Positions 30,254 to 41,057 are shown, numbered from the stretch's first letter. The stretch: 64,000 nt of DNA from Betaproteobacteria bacterium (GCA_028292405.1 JAQGMJ010000049.1:8344-72343), one strand, 5' to 3'. Translations and numbers: made by a program. The notes: generated by a model not told the origin, from the sequence alone.

Positions 30254-31225
30254 ATGCGACGACTTCAACTCGGCGCCGCGCTGCTGTGCGCGGCCGCCGT
30301 GCTCGCGACCACACAGGCGCGGGCGCAGGCTTACCCGAATCACGTACTGACGCTGGTGGTGCCTTATGCGCCGGGCGGCAATATCGATTTGACGGCGCGC
30401 GCACTGGCCAAGCCGTTGGGGCTAGCCCTGGGCCAGCCGGTGGTGGTGGACAACCGCCCGGGCGCCGGCGGCATGCTGGGCTCGGCCTATACCGCGCACG
30501 CGGCGCCGGACGGCTACAACCTGTTGCTGGGTTCTTCCGCTTCGGTGACCACCGCGCCGGCGGTGTACAAGAACGTGCCCTTCGACCCGGTGAAGGGGCT
30601 GACGGCGCTGGGTTCGATCCAGAGCGTGGCGCTGGTGCTGACCACGCCGGCGCAGGTGCCGGTAAAGACCTATGCGGAGCTGGTGGCGTATTCGCAGAAC
30701 CGCAGTCTCAACATCGGCACTTCGGGCGTCGGCTCGTTGCAGCACCTCGCGGTGGAGCTGATGGTGCGCCAGAGCAAATTGCGCGCGGTGGCGGTGGCTT
30801 ACAAGGGCAGCAACCCGGCGCTTACCGATTTGCTGGGCGGGCAGATCGACGGCATGACCGACCAGCTCTCCACTTCGCTGCCGTACATCCGCGACGGGCG
30901 CATTCGGGCGGTGGCGCAACTGGGACGCATGCGTTCCCCTTTGCTGCCGGAGGTGGCGACGCTGGTGGAGCAGGGCGTGCCGAATTTCGAGGCGGTGACG
31001 TTCACCGGGCTGTTCGCACCGGCCAACCTGCCCAGGCCGGTGGAAGCTCGCCTCACCGAGGCGCTTGGAAAGGCGCTGGCCGACCCAGACCTGCGCAAGA
31101 CCTTCAAGGACATGGGCGCGGAGATGATGGAAATGAGCCAGCCGCAATTCGCGCGTTTCGTCGCCGCCGACCTCGACAAATGGAAGGCGATCGGGCGCGA
31201 AGCGAAGATCGTCATCGACAACTGA
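30254..31225 (+). CDS. Bug/TctC substrate-binding protein
   Basis: VPYAPGG, DNRPGAGG, PDGY, YKGS. Confidence 0.92.
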   Translation: MRRLQLGAALLCAAAVLATTQARAQAYPNHVLTLVVPYAPGGNIDLTARALAKPLGLALGQPVVVDNRPGAGGMLGSAYTAHAAPDGYNLLLGSSASVTTAPAVYKNVPFDPVKGLTALGSIQSVALVLTTPAQVPVKTYAELVAYSQNRSLNIGTSGVGSLQHLAVELMVRQSKLRAVAVAYKGSNPALTDLLGGQIDGMTDQLSTSLPYIRDGRIRAVAQLGRMRSPLLPEVATLVEQGVPNFEAVTFTGLFAPANLPRPVEARLTEALGKALADPDLRKTFKDMGAEMMEMSQPQFARFVAADLDKWKAIGREAKIVIDN

Positions 31226-31238
31226 TTGACCCGAACCC

Positions 31239-32108
31239 ATGAACAACCAACGCAAGCCGAAACGAGCGCTGCCCGTCGGCAGCATCGATTGCCACGCGCA
31301 CATTTTCGATCGCTTCGATCAATATCCGCTCGCTGCCTCCGCGAAGTACAAGCCGGCGGAGCATTCGCGTGAAGACTATCTGGCGCTGCTTAAGGCAATG
31401 GGGGTGGCGCGCGGGGTGCAGATCAACGCCACGCCCTACGGCTTCGACAACAAGATCAGCGAGGACTTCATCGCTACCGATCGCAAGAACCTGAAGGCGA
31501 TCGCGGTGATCCACCCGGACATTGCCGAGGCGGATCTAAAGGCGCTGGACGCGGCGGGCTTTGTGGGCGCGCGGCTGATGGACCAGTTTCCGACCGGGGC
31601 GACCACCGCCATGCTGGAGAGCATCACGGCGCGCATCAAGCCGTATGGCTGGCACATCGAGATCAACATCACGCAGGGCAGCGACTGGGTGGGGCTGGAA
31701 AAGCGGCTGTTCGCCTGCCCGGTGCCGCTGGTGTTCGACCATATCGGCCGGGTGCGCGGGGGCGAGGGCGTGGAGTCGCCGGGCTTCCAGGTGATCAAGC
31801 GGCTGCTGACCCAGCGCGATGACTGCTGGACCAAGATTTCAAGCTGGTACCGGCTTTCGGACGTGGCCGAGCCCGCAGTGCCGGCGCATACCGACATGAA
31901 GCCGCTGGTGCAGGCTGTGCTGGCGGCGCGGCCGGACCGCTGCGTGTGGGCGACCAACTGGCCGCACTCCGGCATCAAGAGCGCGCCGCCGGACGATATC
32001 GACCTGGTCGATGAGCTGGAGGCGTGGTGGCCGAACGACGAGGTGCGCGAGGCGGTGTATGTGCGCAACGCGGAGAAGCTGTACGGCTTTGAGCCTTGCG
32101 CGGGTTAG
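31239..32108 (+). CDS. Amidohydrolase family protein (lactonase-like)
   Basis: DCHAHIF, PYGFDN, FDHIG, WATNWPH, NAEKLYGF. Confidence 0.88.
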   Translation: MNNQRKPKRALPVGSIDCHAHIFDRFDQYPLAASAKYKPAEHSREDYLALLKAMGVARGVQINATPYGFDNKISEDFIATDRKNLKAIAVIHPDIAEADLKALDAAGFVGARLMDQFPTGATTAMLESITARIKPYGWHIEINITQGSDWVGLEKRLFACPVPLVFDHIGRVRGGEGVESPGFQVIKRLLTQRDDCWTKISSWYRLSDVAEPAVPAHTDMKPLVQAVLAARPDRCVWATNWPHSGIKSAPPDDIDLVDELEAWWPNDEVREAVYVRNAEKLYGFEPCAG

Positions 32109-32120
32109 CGCTTTGCGGCG

Positions 32121-32870
32121 CTAGCTTTTTCGCTTGTTGGCGACGGCGGCGTTGAGAATGCCGCGCAGTATGTTCACTTCTTCCTTTTCCAGGCGCGCGC
32201 GGCCGAACAGTTTTTGCAGGCGCGGCATCAGGCGCCCGGGATTGTCCGGCTTGAGAAAGCCGATCTCGGTGAGCGCGCTTTCGCAGTGGCCGAGCAGGCC
32301 GTCGACTTCGTCCTGCGTCGCCGGTACGTCCTGCGGGCCGGCGGGCTTGGGTACGCTGCGGTCCACCGCCATGCGTAGCTCATAGGCGAACACCTGCACG
32401 GCGGCGGCGAGGTTGAGCGAAGAGTAGGCCGGGTTGGCGGGGATGTGGGCCAGTGCGTTGCAGCGGCGCGCGTCTTCGTTCGACAGGCCGGAGGTTTCGT
32501 TGCCGAAGACGACTGCCACGTCTTGCGGGCTGCCTGCGGCTGCCTCGATCACGCTGGCGGCGGCTTCGCGCGAGTCGAGAATGTTGGCCACCAGTTCGCG
32601 CGGGCGCGCGGTGGCGGCTACTGCGTAGGCGCAGCCGGCGAGCGCTTCATCCAGGGTGGCGACGACTCTCGCGTTGGCCAGCACGTCGTCCGCGCCGGCG
32701 GCAAGCGAAGTGGCTTCCCAGGCGGGGAACAGGCGCGGCGCCACCAGCACCAGTTGCGACAGGCCCATGGTCTTCATCGCGCGCGCGGCCGAGCCGATGT
32801 TGCCGGGGTGGCTGGTCTGCGAGAGGACGATGCGGATGCGCGCGAGGGTGGAGTCAGGGGTATGGTTCAA
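32121..32870 (-). CDS. trmJ: tRNA (cytidine32/uridine32-2'-O)-methyltransferase TrmJ
   Basis: HPGNIGSAARAMKTMG, FGNETSGLSN, SSLNLAAAVQ, EVNILRGIL; divergent from suhB. Confidence 0.92.
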   Translation of the reverse strand: MNHTPDSTLARIRIVLSQTSHPGNIGSAARAMKTMGLSQLVLVAPRLFPAWEATSLAAGADDVLANARVVATLDEALAGCAYAVAATARPRELVANILDSREAAASVIEAAAGSPQDVAVVFGNETSGLSNEDARRCNALAHIPANPAYSSLNLAAAVQVFAYELRMAVDRSVPKPAGPQDVPATQDEVDGLLGHCESALTEIGFLKPDNPGRLMPRLQKLFGRARLEKEEVNILRGILNAAVANKRKS

Positions 32871-32989
32871 GGCGGGCAGAGGGGGAGGAAATGCAGGGAA
32901 AAATGCGCGGCAAGTGCGGAGAAAATACGGGGAAAATGGCCGGGTCGGCTAAAATACGGGTCCAGTGAATCAAGAAGGCCGGACCGAAC

Positions 32990-33793
32990 ATGCATCCGAT
33001 GCTCAACACCGCGGTGAAGGCTGCCCGCAAAGCCGGCAACGTCATCAACCGCGCCTCGCGCGACCTCGACCAGATCAAGGTGGAAACCAAGCGCCGCAAC
33101 GACTTCGTCACCGAGGTCGACCGCGCCGCCGAGACGGCGATCATCGAGGTGCTGCGCGAAGCCTACCCGAATCATGCGATTCTCGCCGAGGAGTCGGGCG
33201 CCTCCAAGGGCTCGCAGGGCGAATTTGTCTGGATCATCGACCCGCTCGACGGCACCACCAATTTCATCCACGGCATGCCGCATTACTGCGTGTCGATCGC
33301 CCTGCAGCACAAGGGCGTGATGCAGCAGGGCGTGATCTATGACCCGGTGAAAAACGAGTTGTTCACCGCCACCCGCGGCGGCGGCGCGTACCTGAACGAC
33401 AAGCGCATCCGCGTTTCGGCCCGCGACAAGATCGCCGACGCGCTGATCGGCACCGGCTTTCCGTTTCGCGACAATTCCTTCCTTGAGCGTTATCTCGCGA
33501 TGTTCAAGGCGATGACGATGAACTGCACGGGCATCCGCCGCCCCGGCGCGGCCGCGCTCGACCTGGCTTATGTGGCGGCGGGGCGCTTCGACGCCTTCTG
33601 GGAAATCGGCCTGGCGCCGTGGGACATTGCCGCCGGCAGCCTCTTGGTGCTGGAGGCGGGCGGACTGATCGGCGATCTGGAAGGCGACGGTAAATACATG
33701 GAAAGCGGCGAAGTGGCGGCCGGCAGTCCGAAGATTTTTGCCCAGATGCTGGGCGTGCTGGCCAACGCCGGCGCGGCGACGCGCCCGGCATAA
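32990..33793 (+). CDS. suhB: Inositol monophosphatase SuhB
   Basis: [42 protein letters not shown]. Confidence 0.95.
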   Translation: MHPMLNTAVKAARKAGNVINRASRDLDQIKVETKRRNDFVTEVDRAAETAIIEVLREAYPNHAILAEESGASKGSQGEFVWIIDPLDGTTNFIHGMPHYCVSIALQHKGVMQQGVIYDPVKNELFTATRGGGAYLNDKRIRVSARDKIADALIGTGFPFRDNSFLERYLAMFKAMTMNCTGIRRPGAAALDLAYVAAGRFDAFWEIGLAPWDIAAGSLLVLEAGGLIGDLEGDGKYMESGEVAAGSPKIFAQMLGVLANAGAATRPA

Positions 33794-33910
33794 GCGGCAA
33801 CACAGTACCCAAGCGGGCCGCACCGAGCGCGCGGGCGGCCCGTGAAAATAAAAAGCGCACCAGGCGTGCCCGGCCGGGCCGGCCGACGACCATTACGGAG
33901 ACAAGGATTC

Positions 33911-34888
33911 ATGAAGCACAAGCTGACTGCTGTCGCCGCGCTGCTGTGCGCGGCCGCTTTTTTGCACGCCGCGCCCGCTGCGGCCCAGGCTTATCCCGCC
34001 AAGGGGCCGGTGCACCTGGTGGTAGGCTTCGCGCCCGCCGGCGCTGCCGACATCGTGGCGCGTTCCATGTCCGACGCTTTCAGCAAGGCGCTGGGCCAGT
34101 CGGTGATCATTGAAAACCGGCCCGGCGCGGGCTCTTCGGTGGCGGCCGACTATGTGGCGCACGCGGTGCCTGATGGCTACACCATCCTGCTGGCGAGCCC
34201 CTCGTCGATCTCGGTCAACCCGGCGATCATGAAGCTCAACTACAGCGCGCGCGACCTGGTGCCGATTTCCAAGACCTCGTCGGGCTTTTTGATCGCCGCG
34301 GTCAACACCTCGCTTGGCATCAACTCGCTGAAGGACCTGATCGCGGCAGCGAAAAAATCCCCGGGCAAATTGAATTACGCTACCTCCGGCATCGGCGCGG
34401 CGCCGCATCTCTCGGCGGTGCTGTTTGCCCAGCTCGCGGGCCTGGACATCGTGCACGTGCCCTTCAAGGGCGGCAGCCCGGCGGTGCAGTCGGTGGTCGC
34501 CGGCGATACCCAGTTCACCTTCGCCACCGCGCCTTCGGTGCTGCCGTTGATCCGCTCCGGGCGCCTGAAGGCGCTGGCGATCACCTCGAAAAACCGCTCG
34601 CCCCTGACGCCGGACATTCCGGGCATGGCCGAGGCGGGGCTGCCTGACTACGACATGTCGTTCTGGTACGGCCTGTTCGCGCCTGTCGGCACGCCCGCGG
34701 CGGCGCTGAAAAAGGTTTTCGAGGCCAACGCCGCCGCCCTGCAGGACCCGGCGGTAAAGGCGGCCTTTGCGCGCGAAGGCACCGAGACCGCGCCTTCGAA
34801 GTCGCCGGAGGATTTTGTCGCCTACCTGGCCGAGGACAACAAGTTCTGGACGCGCCTGATCAAGGACTCCGGCGTCAAGCCTGAATAA
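33911..34888 (+). CDS. Bug/TctC substrate-binding protein (tandem paralog 1)
   Basis: GFAPAG, ENRPGAG, PDGYT, VHVPFKGG. Confidence 0.92.
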   Translation: MKHKLTAVAALLCAAAFLHAAPAAAQAYPAKGPVHLVVGFAPAGAADIVARSMSDAFSKALGQSVIIENRPGAGSSVAADYVAHAVPDGYTILLASPSSISVNPAIMKLNYSARDLVPISKTSSGFLIAAVNTSLGINSLKDLIAAAKKSPGKLNYATSGIGAAPHLSAVLFAQLAGLDIVHVPFKGGSPAVQSVVAGDTQFTFATAPSVLPLIRSGRLKALAITSKNRSPLTPDIPGMAEAGLPDYDMSFWYGLFAPVGTPAAALKKVFEANAAALQDPAVKAAFAREGTETAPSKSPEDFVAYLAEDNKFWTRLIKDSGVKPE

Positions 34889-34933
34889 TCCTTGGGCATC
34901 GCCGGGCAGCCGGTTTTCATGGAGGCAAGATTC

Positions 34934-35929
34934 ATGAAGCGAAAGCTTGGGAGCCCGGCCGCGTGCGGGTTAGCGTCCGGGTTTGCGTTGGTGTGCGCTG
35001 CGCTGATTCCGGTGGCGGCAATGGCGCAAGCCTATCCGGCCAAGCAGCCGGTGCACGTGGTGGTCGGCTTCGCGCCGGCCGGCGCCGGCGACTATGTGGC
35101 GCGCTCGATGTCGGACGCCTTTTCACGCGCCCTGGGCCAGACGGTGCTGGTGGAAAACCGGCCCGGGGCCGGTTCATCGGTGGCGGCGGAATACGTGGCG
35201 CATGCGCTGCCTGACGGTTATACGATCCTGATGGCCAGTCCGGCAAGCCTGTCGGTCAACCCGGCGATGATGAAGGTCAACTACAGCATGCGCGACCTGG
35301 CGCCGGTGAGCAAGAGCTCGTCGGGCTTCCTGATCGCGGCGGTCAATACGTCGCTGGGTATCAACTCCTTGCGCGAACTGGTCGCGGCGGCGAAAAAAGA
35401 GCCGGGCAAGTTCAACTACGCGAGCGCCGGCAACGGTTCGGCGCCGCATCTCTCGGCGGTGTATTTCGCCCGCGTCGCCGGGCTCGAGGTGGTGCACGTG
35501 CCATTCAAGGGCGGCGGCCCGGCGGTGCAGTCGGTGGTGGCGAACGATACCCAGTTCATTTTCGCCACTGCGCCCTCCGTATTGCCGCTGATCCGTGCCG
35601 GGCGCCTGAAAGCGCTGGCCATCACGTGGCGCGACCGCTCGCCGCTGGCGCCGGACATTCCCGGCATGGCCGAGGCGGGGTTGCCGGACTACGACATGTC
35701 GTTCTGGTACGGCATGTTCGCGCCCGCCGGCACGCCGCCGGCGATCATCAAAAAGCTGTTCGAGGCCAATGCCGTGGCGCTCCGTGACCCGGCGGTGAAA
35801 GCGGCGCTGGCGCGCGAGGGCACGGAGACGTCGGCTTCGAAGTCGCCGGAAGACTTCGCCGGCTTTCTCAATGAAAACGCCAAGTTCTGGGTGCGCCTGG
35901 TGAAGGACTCGGGCGCGAAGGTGGAGTAG
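34934..35929 (+). CDS. Bug/TctC substrate-binding protein (tandem paralog 2)
   Basis: Same motifs; highly similar to 33911-34888. Confidence 0.92.
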   Translation: MKRKLGSPAACGLASGFALVCAALIPVAAMAQAYPAKQPVHVVVGFAPAGAGDYVARSMSDAFSRALGQTVLVENRPGAGSSVAAEYVAHALPDGYTILMASPASLSVNPAMMKVNYSMRDLAPVSKSSSGFLIAAVNTSLGINSLRELVAAAKKEPGKFNYASAGNGSAPHLSAVYFARVAGLEVVHVPFKGGGPAVQSVVANDTQFIFATAPSVLPLIRAGRLKALAITWRDRSPLAPDIPGMAEAGLPDYDMSFWYGMFAPAGTPPAIIKKLFEANAVALRDPAVKAALAREGTETSASKSPEDFAGFLNENAKFWVRLVKDSGAKVE

Positions 35930-35973
35930 AGGAACAGCACCGCCGTTTCGAAGTCGGCGGGTTTGGTGGCTTT

Positions 35974-36645
35974 TCAGTAATCGAGCAGGTTGCGCCGCAC
36001 CTGGCGCAGATGCTCGGTCAGGCGGTGGCGCGCTTCGCCGCCGTCGCGCCGCTTCAGCGCTTCTACCAGGCGCTTGTGCTCGATCTGGTAGGAAGAGCGG
36101 CGCTCCGGCGTCAGGCTGCGCTGTTTCAGCTTGCCCCACTCGGCCTGGTCGCGCACGGCGTTGATGTTGTCGAGCATGCGGATGACGAAGCTGTTGTGGG
36201 TGGCGTCGGCTATCGCCTGGTGCAGGGCGGCGTCCCATTGCTCGAACTCGGCTACCGAGCCGGCGCGGGCGCCGCGCGTCAGGCACTCTTCCATGCGCTC
36301 GAAATCGGCCGGGGTGGCGTGGGTCACCACCAGGTCGGCGATTGCCGGTTCGAACAGCAGGCGCGCTTCCATCAATTCGGCCGGGCTGGTCTGCGCGTTC
36401 ACCGTGGGCAGGTCGCGCTCGCCGGCGATCATGGTGCCGCGCCCGACGGTGCGCACGATGCGGCCCTGCATTTCCAGGTCGGCCAGCATGCGCCGCACCG
36501 CGCTGCGGGCGGCGTCGAAGCGCCGCACCATCTCGCGCTCCGGCGGCAGGCGGTCGCCGGGCTTCAGGCTCTGGTCTTCGATGCCTTGCAGAATGTGCGC
36601 GCGCAGGCGCTCGACACCGGCGGTGGAAATGCGGCGGTCACGCAT
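35974..36645 (-). CDS. GntR/FadR family transcriptional regulator
   Basis: LKPGDRLPPERE HTH, FCD domain (ELMEARL, LHQAIA, HN). Confidence 0.9.
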   Translation of the reverse strand: MRDRRISTAGVERLRAHILQGIEDQSLKPGDRLPPEREMVRRFDAARSAVRRMLADLEMQGRIVRTVGRGTMIAGERDLPTVNAQTSPAELMEARLLFEPAIADLVVTHATPADFERMEECLTRGARAGSVAEFEQWDAALHQAIADATHNSFVIRMLDNINAVRDQAEWGKLKQRSLTPERRSSYQIEHKRLVEALKRRDGGEARHRLTEHLRQVRRNLLDY

Positions 36646-36784
36646 GGAGGAGAGGAGAAGGAGGATTGGAGCGGATCATGATTGTGACCAATTTATCATA
36701 AAAGATGATCAATTGTCGATATTGGTTGACTACCGCGTGGCGGATGGTTAACTTTCAGCCTCTTCACAACGAGGCTGTTTTTCC

Positions 36785-37675
36785 ATGCACCTAATCACTT
36801 TTTCCGACTCCAAGGGCCGCCGCATTGGCGTGCTCGACCGCGCCGCCGGCAAGCTCACTGACCTTTCCGTGGCCGCGCCGGACCTGCCGCAGGAAATGCA
36901 GGCTTTCATTCGCCTTGGTACATCGGGGCTGGCCGCAGCCAAGGCCGCTGCGGCTTCGGGCAAGGCTACGTTGAATCTTGACCAGGTGAAGCTGGAGGCG
37001 CCGATTCCGCGCCCGGCGAAAAACATCATGTGCGTGGGCAAGAATTATCACGAGCATGCCAAGGAGTTCCACAACAGCGGCTTCGACGCTTCCGCCGGCG
37101 CCAATGCGGTGCCGGAACTGCCGATCATTTTCACCAAGGCGCCCACTTCGGTGATCGCCCAGGGCGAGGCGATCGATTCGTCGCTCGACCACACCAACTC
37201 GGTGGACTACGAGGGCGAGCTGACGGTGGTGATCGGCACCGGCGGGCGCGGCATCAAGAAGGCCGATGCCTTCAAGCATGTGTATGGCTACACGATCATC
37301 AACGACGTTACCGCGCGCACCATGCAGCACGCGCACAAGCAATGGTTCCTTGGCAAGAGCCTGGACACCTTCTGCCCGATGGGCCCGACCATCGTGACCG
37401 CCGACGAGGTAAAGGATGTGACCAAGTTGCACCTGGTCACCAAGGTGAACGGCGAAACGCGCCAGGACGCGCTGGTTTCCGACCTGATTTTCGACATTCC
37501 CACGCTGATCGAGACCCTCTCGGCCACCATGACCCTGGAACCCGGCGACCTGATCGCCACCGGCACCTGCGCCGGTGTCGGCATCGGTTTCAAGCCACCC
37601 AAGTTCATGAAAAAGGGCGACGTGGTGGCGGTGACCATCGAACCGATTGGCACGCTGGAAAATCCGGTGGCCTGA
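36785..37675 (+). CDS. Fumarylacetoacetate hydrolase family protein
   Basis: CVGKNYHEH, DYEGEL, NDVTAR, GKSLDTFCPMGP, GDLIATGT. Confidence 0.92.
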   Translation: MHLITFSDSKGRRIGVLDRAAGKLTDLSVAAPDLPQEMQAFIRLGTSGLAAAKAAAASGKATLNLDQVKLEAPIPRPAKNIMCVGKNYHEHAKEFHNSGFDASAGANAVPELPIIFTKAPTSVIAQGEAIDSSLDHTNSVDYEGELTVVIGTGGRGIKKADAFKHVYGYTIINDVTARTMQHAHKQWFLGKSLDTFCPMGPTIVTADEVKDVTKLHLVTKVNGETRQDALVSDLIFDIPTLIETLSATMTLEPGDLIATGTCAGVGIGFKPPKFMKKGDVVAVTIEPIGTLENPVA

Positions 37676-37796
37676 GCATAAAGTAGGGGGGCGGCTGCAA
37701 CATCGGCCGCCTGCCGGAGCATCGGAATAGCGCAGCACCAGAATAAAAAAGCACGACCTCAAACCGCAAGCCCAACACGATTAAAGGAGGAGACCC

Positions 37797-38777
37797 ATGC
37801 GTTCCCCATTCAAGGCCGCCACGGCCGCACTCGCCCTGGTTGCCGCCGTTGCCGGTGCGCCTGTCCTGGCGCAGGAAGCCTACCCAGCGCACCCGGTCAC
37901 CGTGGTGGTGCCGTTTCCGCCGGGCGGCGTTGCCGAACTCACCGGCCGGCCGGCCACCATCATTCTTTCCAAGCTGCTCAAGCAGCCCTTCGTGCTGATC
38001 AACAAGCCAGGCGCCGGCGGCTCCATCGGCGCGGCGGCTGTGACCACGGCACGGCCGGACGGCTACACCCTGCTGATGGCCCTGGCCAGCGTCTCGACCA
38101 ACCCGGAAGCCGACAAGATGTCCGGCCGCCCGCCGGCCTTCCAGCTTGACCAGCTGGCCCCCATTGCCCTCGTGAGCGCCGATCCGGTGATTGCGATGGT
38201 GCGCGCCGACAGTCCCTACAAGACGCTGAAGGACCTGGTGGAGGACGCGAAAAAGCGCCCGGAGGCGATCAACTATTCCTCCTCCGGCAACTACGGCACC
38301 TATCACGTCGCCACCGAGATGTTCACCAGCGTGGCGGGCATCAAGATGAAGCACATTCCCTACGCCGGCGGCGGTCCGGCCCTGACCGCGCTGCTTGGCG
38401 GCCAGGTGGACGTGGCCCTGCTCGGACCTTCGGTGGCGATCGCGCAGATCAAGGCCGGCAAGCTGCGGCCGCTGGCCAGCTGGGGGGGCAAGCGCATCGC
38501 TTCGCTGCCCGAGGTGCCGACGCTGAAGGAGCTGGGCTACAACGTCGAGTACTACATCTGGTCCGGCCTGTTCGCTCCCACGGGCACGCCCGAGCCGGTG
38601 ATGAAGACCTTGCGCGAGGCTATGCGCAAGGTAGTAGCCGATGAAGAGTTCAAGGCGACCATGGCCAAGCTGGAAACGCCGATCGTCTACATGGACGCGC
38701 CGGAGTTCAAGAAATTCTGGGACGACGACGCCAAGCGCCTGATTGACGTGGTGCGCAAGATCGGCAAGATCGAGTAG
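37797..38777 (+). CDS. Bug/TctC substrate-binding protein
   Basis: VPFPPGG, NKPGAGG, PDGYT, HIPYAGG. Confidence 0.92.
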   Translation: MRSPFKAATAALALVAAVAGAPVLAQEAYPAHPVTVVVPFPPGGVAELTGRPATIILSKLLKQPFVLINKPGAGGSIGAAAVTTARPDGYTLLMALASVSTNPEADKMSGRPPAFQLDQLAPIALVSADPVIAMVRADSPYKTLKDLVEDAKKRPEAINYSSSGNYGTYHVATEMFTSVAGIKMKHIPYAGGGPALTALLGGQVDVALLGPSVAIAQIKAGKLRPLASWGGKRIASLPEVPTLKELGYNVEYYIWSGLFAPTGTPEPVMKTLREAMRKVVADEEFKATMAKLETPIVYMDAPEFKKFWDDDAKRLIDVVRKIGKIE

Positions 38778-38797
38778 TTGCCGATGCCGTGCGAACA

Positions 38798-38828
38798 AAG
38801 GCGGGCCTTCTGCCCGCCTTATTTTTTT
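38798..38828. terminator. Intrinsic terminator between convergent genes
   Basis: aaggcgggc-cttct-gcccgcctt followed by T-tract. Confidence 0.65.
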
Positions 38829-39775
38829 GCGGGCGCCGAATAGGTGGCGACGGTTTCGAGCACACGGCGGCGGTTGGCGCCCGTGATGACGCCCTGGACC
38901 ACGGCGGTGCGGCCGCCCTGGTGGACGATTTTCGCGCGCGCGGTGAGGCTCGCGCCTTCGCCGGGGCTCAGGTAGCAGGCGGTGATGGAGGAGAGCAGCC
39001 ACTGCGGCGGCAGCGCCGCGCGGGCGGCGGCTTCGGCCAGCCCGAGCAGGATGCCGCCCTGCACGTGGCCGACGCGGTTGCCCACGTGGGCGCCGTTTTT
39101 CAGGCTGGCGCTGGCGCCGACAGCGTTCTTGCGGGTCTGGAAATGCCAGAAGTGGTCGAGGAAGGAGCCGCCCGATTGCTGCACGGCGCCGAGCGCGGCG
39201 GTGGCGCGCGCGAGAATGGGCGCTTCGTTTTCCTTCAAATCGCCGGCGGCCAGCAGGGACGTGCCGGGCGGCGGCTCGCGGTGCGCGCGCAGTTGTGGCA
39301 GCTTGAAGCCTGCGGGCGGCTCCAGCACCATGAAGGTGCCGCTGCCGATACATACTTCATCCTGCGCGCCACGCAGCGACATGCGGGTGATGCCTTGCTG
39401 GGCGGCGCCGCGCCGAAAATAGCCTTCGAAGTCGGAGCGCGCGCTAAGCGTGCCGCTGCGCGGCGCGCCGGTGAACTGCAAATGCATGTTGACGGTGGCC
39501 AGGCGCATCGAGCGCTGCAGCGCACCGCGGATGGCGGCGGCCAGGGTGAGGTCGGCGAAAATGCTGAGGGCAGGCATCGCCACCTCACCCGTGGAGTCGA
39601 GCAGGTGCGGGCCCGTACCCATCGACACCAGGGCATGGCGCTCGTCGAGTTCGTCGAAGGAGATGCCGAGGAAATTGCCGGGGAAGTGGTAGCCGGGCTC
39701 GCGGTTGCTTTCGATGCCGCGCAGCACGCGGGTGAGGATGGTGTCGCGGTCGGTGGTTTTGGGCGTTGGGCTCAT
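38819..39775 (-). CDS. Double hot-dog fold thioesterase-like protein
   Basis: NRVGHVQGGILLG motif plus an N-terminal second hot-dog-like repeat. Confidence 0.75.
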   Translation of the reverse strand: MSPTPKTTDRDTILTRVLRGIESNREPGYHFPGNFLGISFDELDERHALVSMGTGPHLLDSTGEVAMPALSIFADLTLAAAIRGALQRSMRLATVNMHLQFTGAPRSGTLSARSDFEGYFRRGAAQQGITRMSLRGAQDEVCIGSGTFMVLEPPAGFKLPQLRAHREPPPGTSLLAAGDLKENEAPILARATAALGAVQQSGGSFLDHFWHFQTRKNAVGASASLKNGAHVGNRVGHVQGGILLGLAEAAARAALPPQWLLSSITACYLSPGEGASLTARAKIVHQGGRTAVVQGVITGANRRRVLETVATYSAPAKK

Positions 39776-39829
39776 GCACGGATTTTAGGGGACAGGTGCG
39801 GGGAGCCGGCCTACTGCAACCGATAAGCG

Positions 39830-40714
39830 CTAGCGGCGCGCTGCGCCGTGCACGACACTGAGTATGGCCACACGCTCCTGCACCACGGTGTTGAAGGCAT
39901 GCACCAGTTCGCGCGGGGCGCCGCGCCGCTCGTAGAAGGCAAGCGCCTGCTCGCCGGGGTCGGGCAGGCCGTCTTCGCGGCCGAGCGTGCGCATGCCTTC
40001 GCTGACCAGCGAGGCGGGCACGATGGAGGCGCCCAGGCCCGCTTCCAGCGCGGGCAGCAGGCCGTTCATGCCACTGGTGGTGAGCGCAATGCGCCAGGCG
40101 CGCTTTTTCTTGTTCAGCAGGGCCAGCGCCTGTTCGCGCAGCACACAGCCGGCTGGCAGGACCACCACGGGCAGGGGCTGGCGCGGGTCGAACACCGCAT
40201 CGGCGGCGCAGGCCCAGCGCAACGGCTCGCGCCAGAAGGGGGCGGCCTTCTCCCGTGCCTCGAGGCGGCCGATCACCAGGTCGAGCTCGTTTTGCGCCAG
40301 CATTTTCTTCAGGCTGCGCGACAGGTCGATGCGCACTTCCAGGTGCGCCTGCGGATAGCGTTGCGCGAAGCGGGCCAGCATGTTAATGACTTCGCGCGGC
40401 TGGAAGTATTCGCTGATGCCCACGCGCAGTTCGCCCTCCACCGGCGGCGCGGTGACGGCGCGCACCGACTCGTCGTTCAACTCGAGCATGCGCCGGGCGT
40501 AGGCGAGCAGGGTGGCGCCGGCTTGCGTGAGCGCGAGCGAGCGGCTGGTGCGCTCGAACACGCGGGTGTCGAGCGCTTCTTCCAGGCGCTTGATCTGGAT
40601 GCTGACGGCCGACTGGGTGCGCGCCACCAGGTCGCCGGCGGCGGTGAAGCTGCCGGTGTCGGCGGCGGCAACGAAGGTGCGCAGCAGGTCGATTTCGAGA
40701 TTGGCGGCGTGCAC
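39830..40714 (-). CDS. LysR family transcriptional regulator
   Basis: LLRTFVA..DTGSFTAA...RTQSAVSIQIKRLEE. Confidence 0.93.
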   Translation of the reverse strand: MHAANLEIDLLRTFVAAADTGSFTAAGDLVARTQSAVSIQIKRLEEALDTRVFERTSRSLALTQAGATLLAYARRMLELNDESVRAVTAPPVEGELRVGISEYFQPREVINMLARFAQRYPQAHLEVRIDLSRSLKKMLAQNELDLVIGRLEAREKAAPFWREPLRWACAADAVFDPRQPLPVVVLPAGCVLREQALALLNKKKRAWRIALTTSGMNGLLPALEAGLGASIVPASLVSEGMRTLGREDGLPDPGEQALAFYERRGAPRELVHAFNTVVQERVAILSVVHGAARR

Positions 40715-40730
40715 GGGAAGCTCCGGTTTT

Positions 40731-40753
40731 ATCCATGAGCCAAACGCATGGAT
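40731..40753. promoter_or_regulatory. Probable LysR recognition palindrome in divergent promoter
   Basis: atccatg-N9-catggat dyad just upstream of the LysR start. Confidence 0.5.
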
Positions 40754-40834
40754 TGAATTTAAACAATTCGTTTAACAAATGTATTGTCGGCGCCCAGAAT
40801 GCACTTGTCAACCGACATACCCCTGGAGAACATC

Positions 40835-41023
40835 ATGCAAAACACCCATAGCCTGACGCACCGCACTGTGCGCGAGACTCATCAGGACAGCCGCGAAGAG
40901 CGCCTGCGCTGTGAACTGGCGCGGGAATGGGCGCACGACCCCACGGCGCGCTGGCTGCTGGCGGCCGACGGGGCGATCCGCCGCGCCGCCCGCGCGGTAG
41001 CCGGCTTGTTTGGCCGCGCCTGA
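40835..41023 (+). CDS. Small hypothetical protein (62 aa)
   Basis: GGAGA RBS then ATG; first gene divergent from LysR. Confidence 0.5.
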   Translation: MQNTHSLTHRTVRETHQDSREERLRCELAREWAHDPTARWLLAADGAIRRAARAVAGLFGRA

Positions 41024-41057
41024 GTCGCCCTATTGCAACCCGATAAACGAGAAAAAC

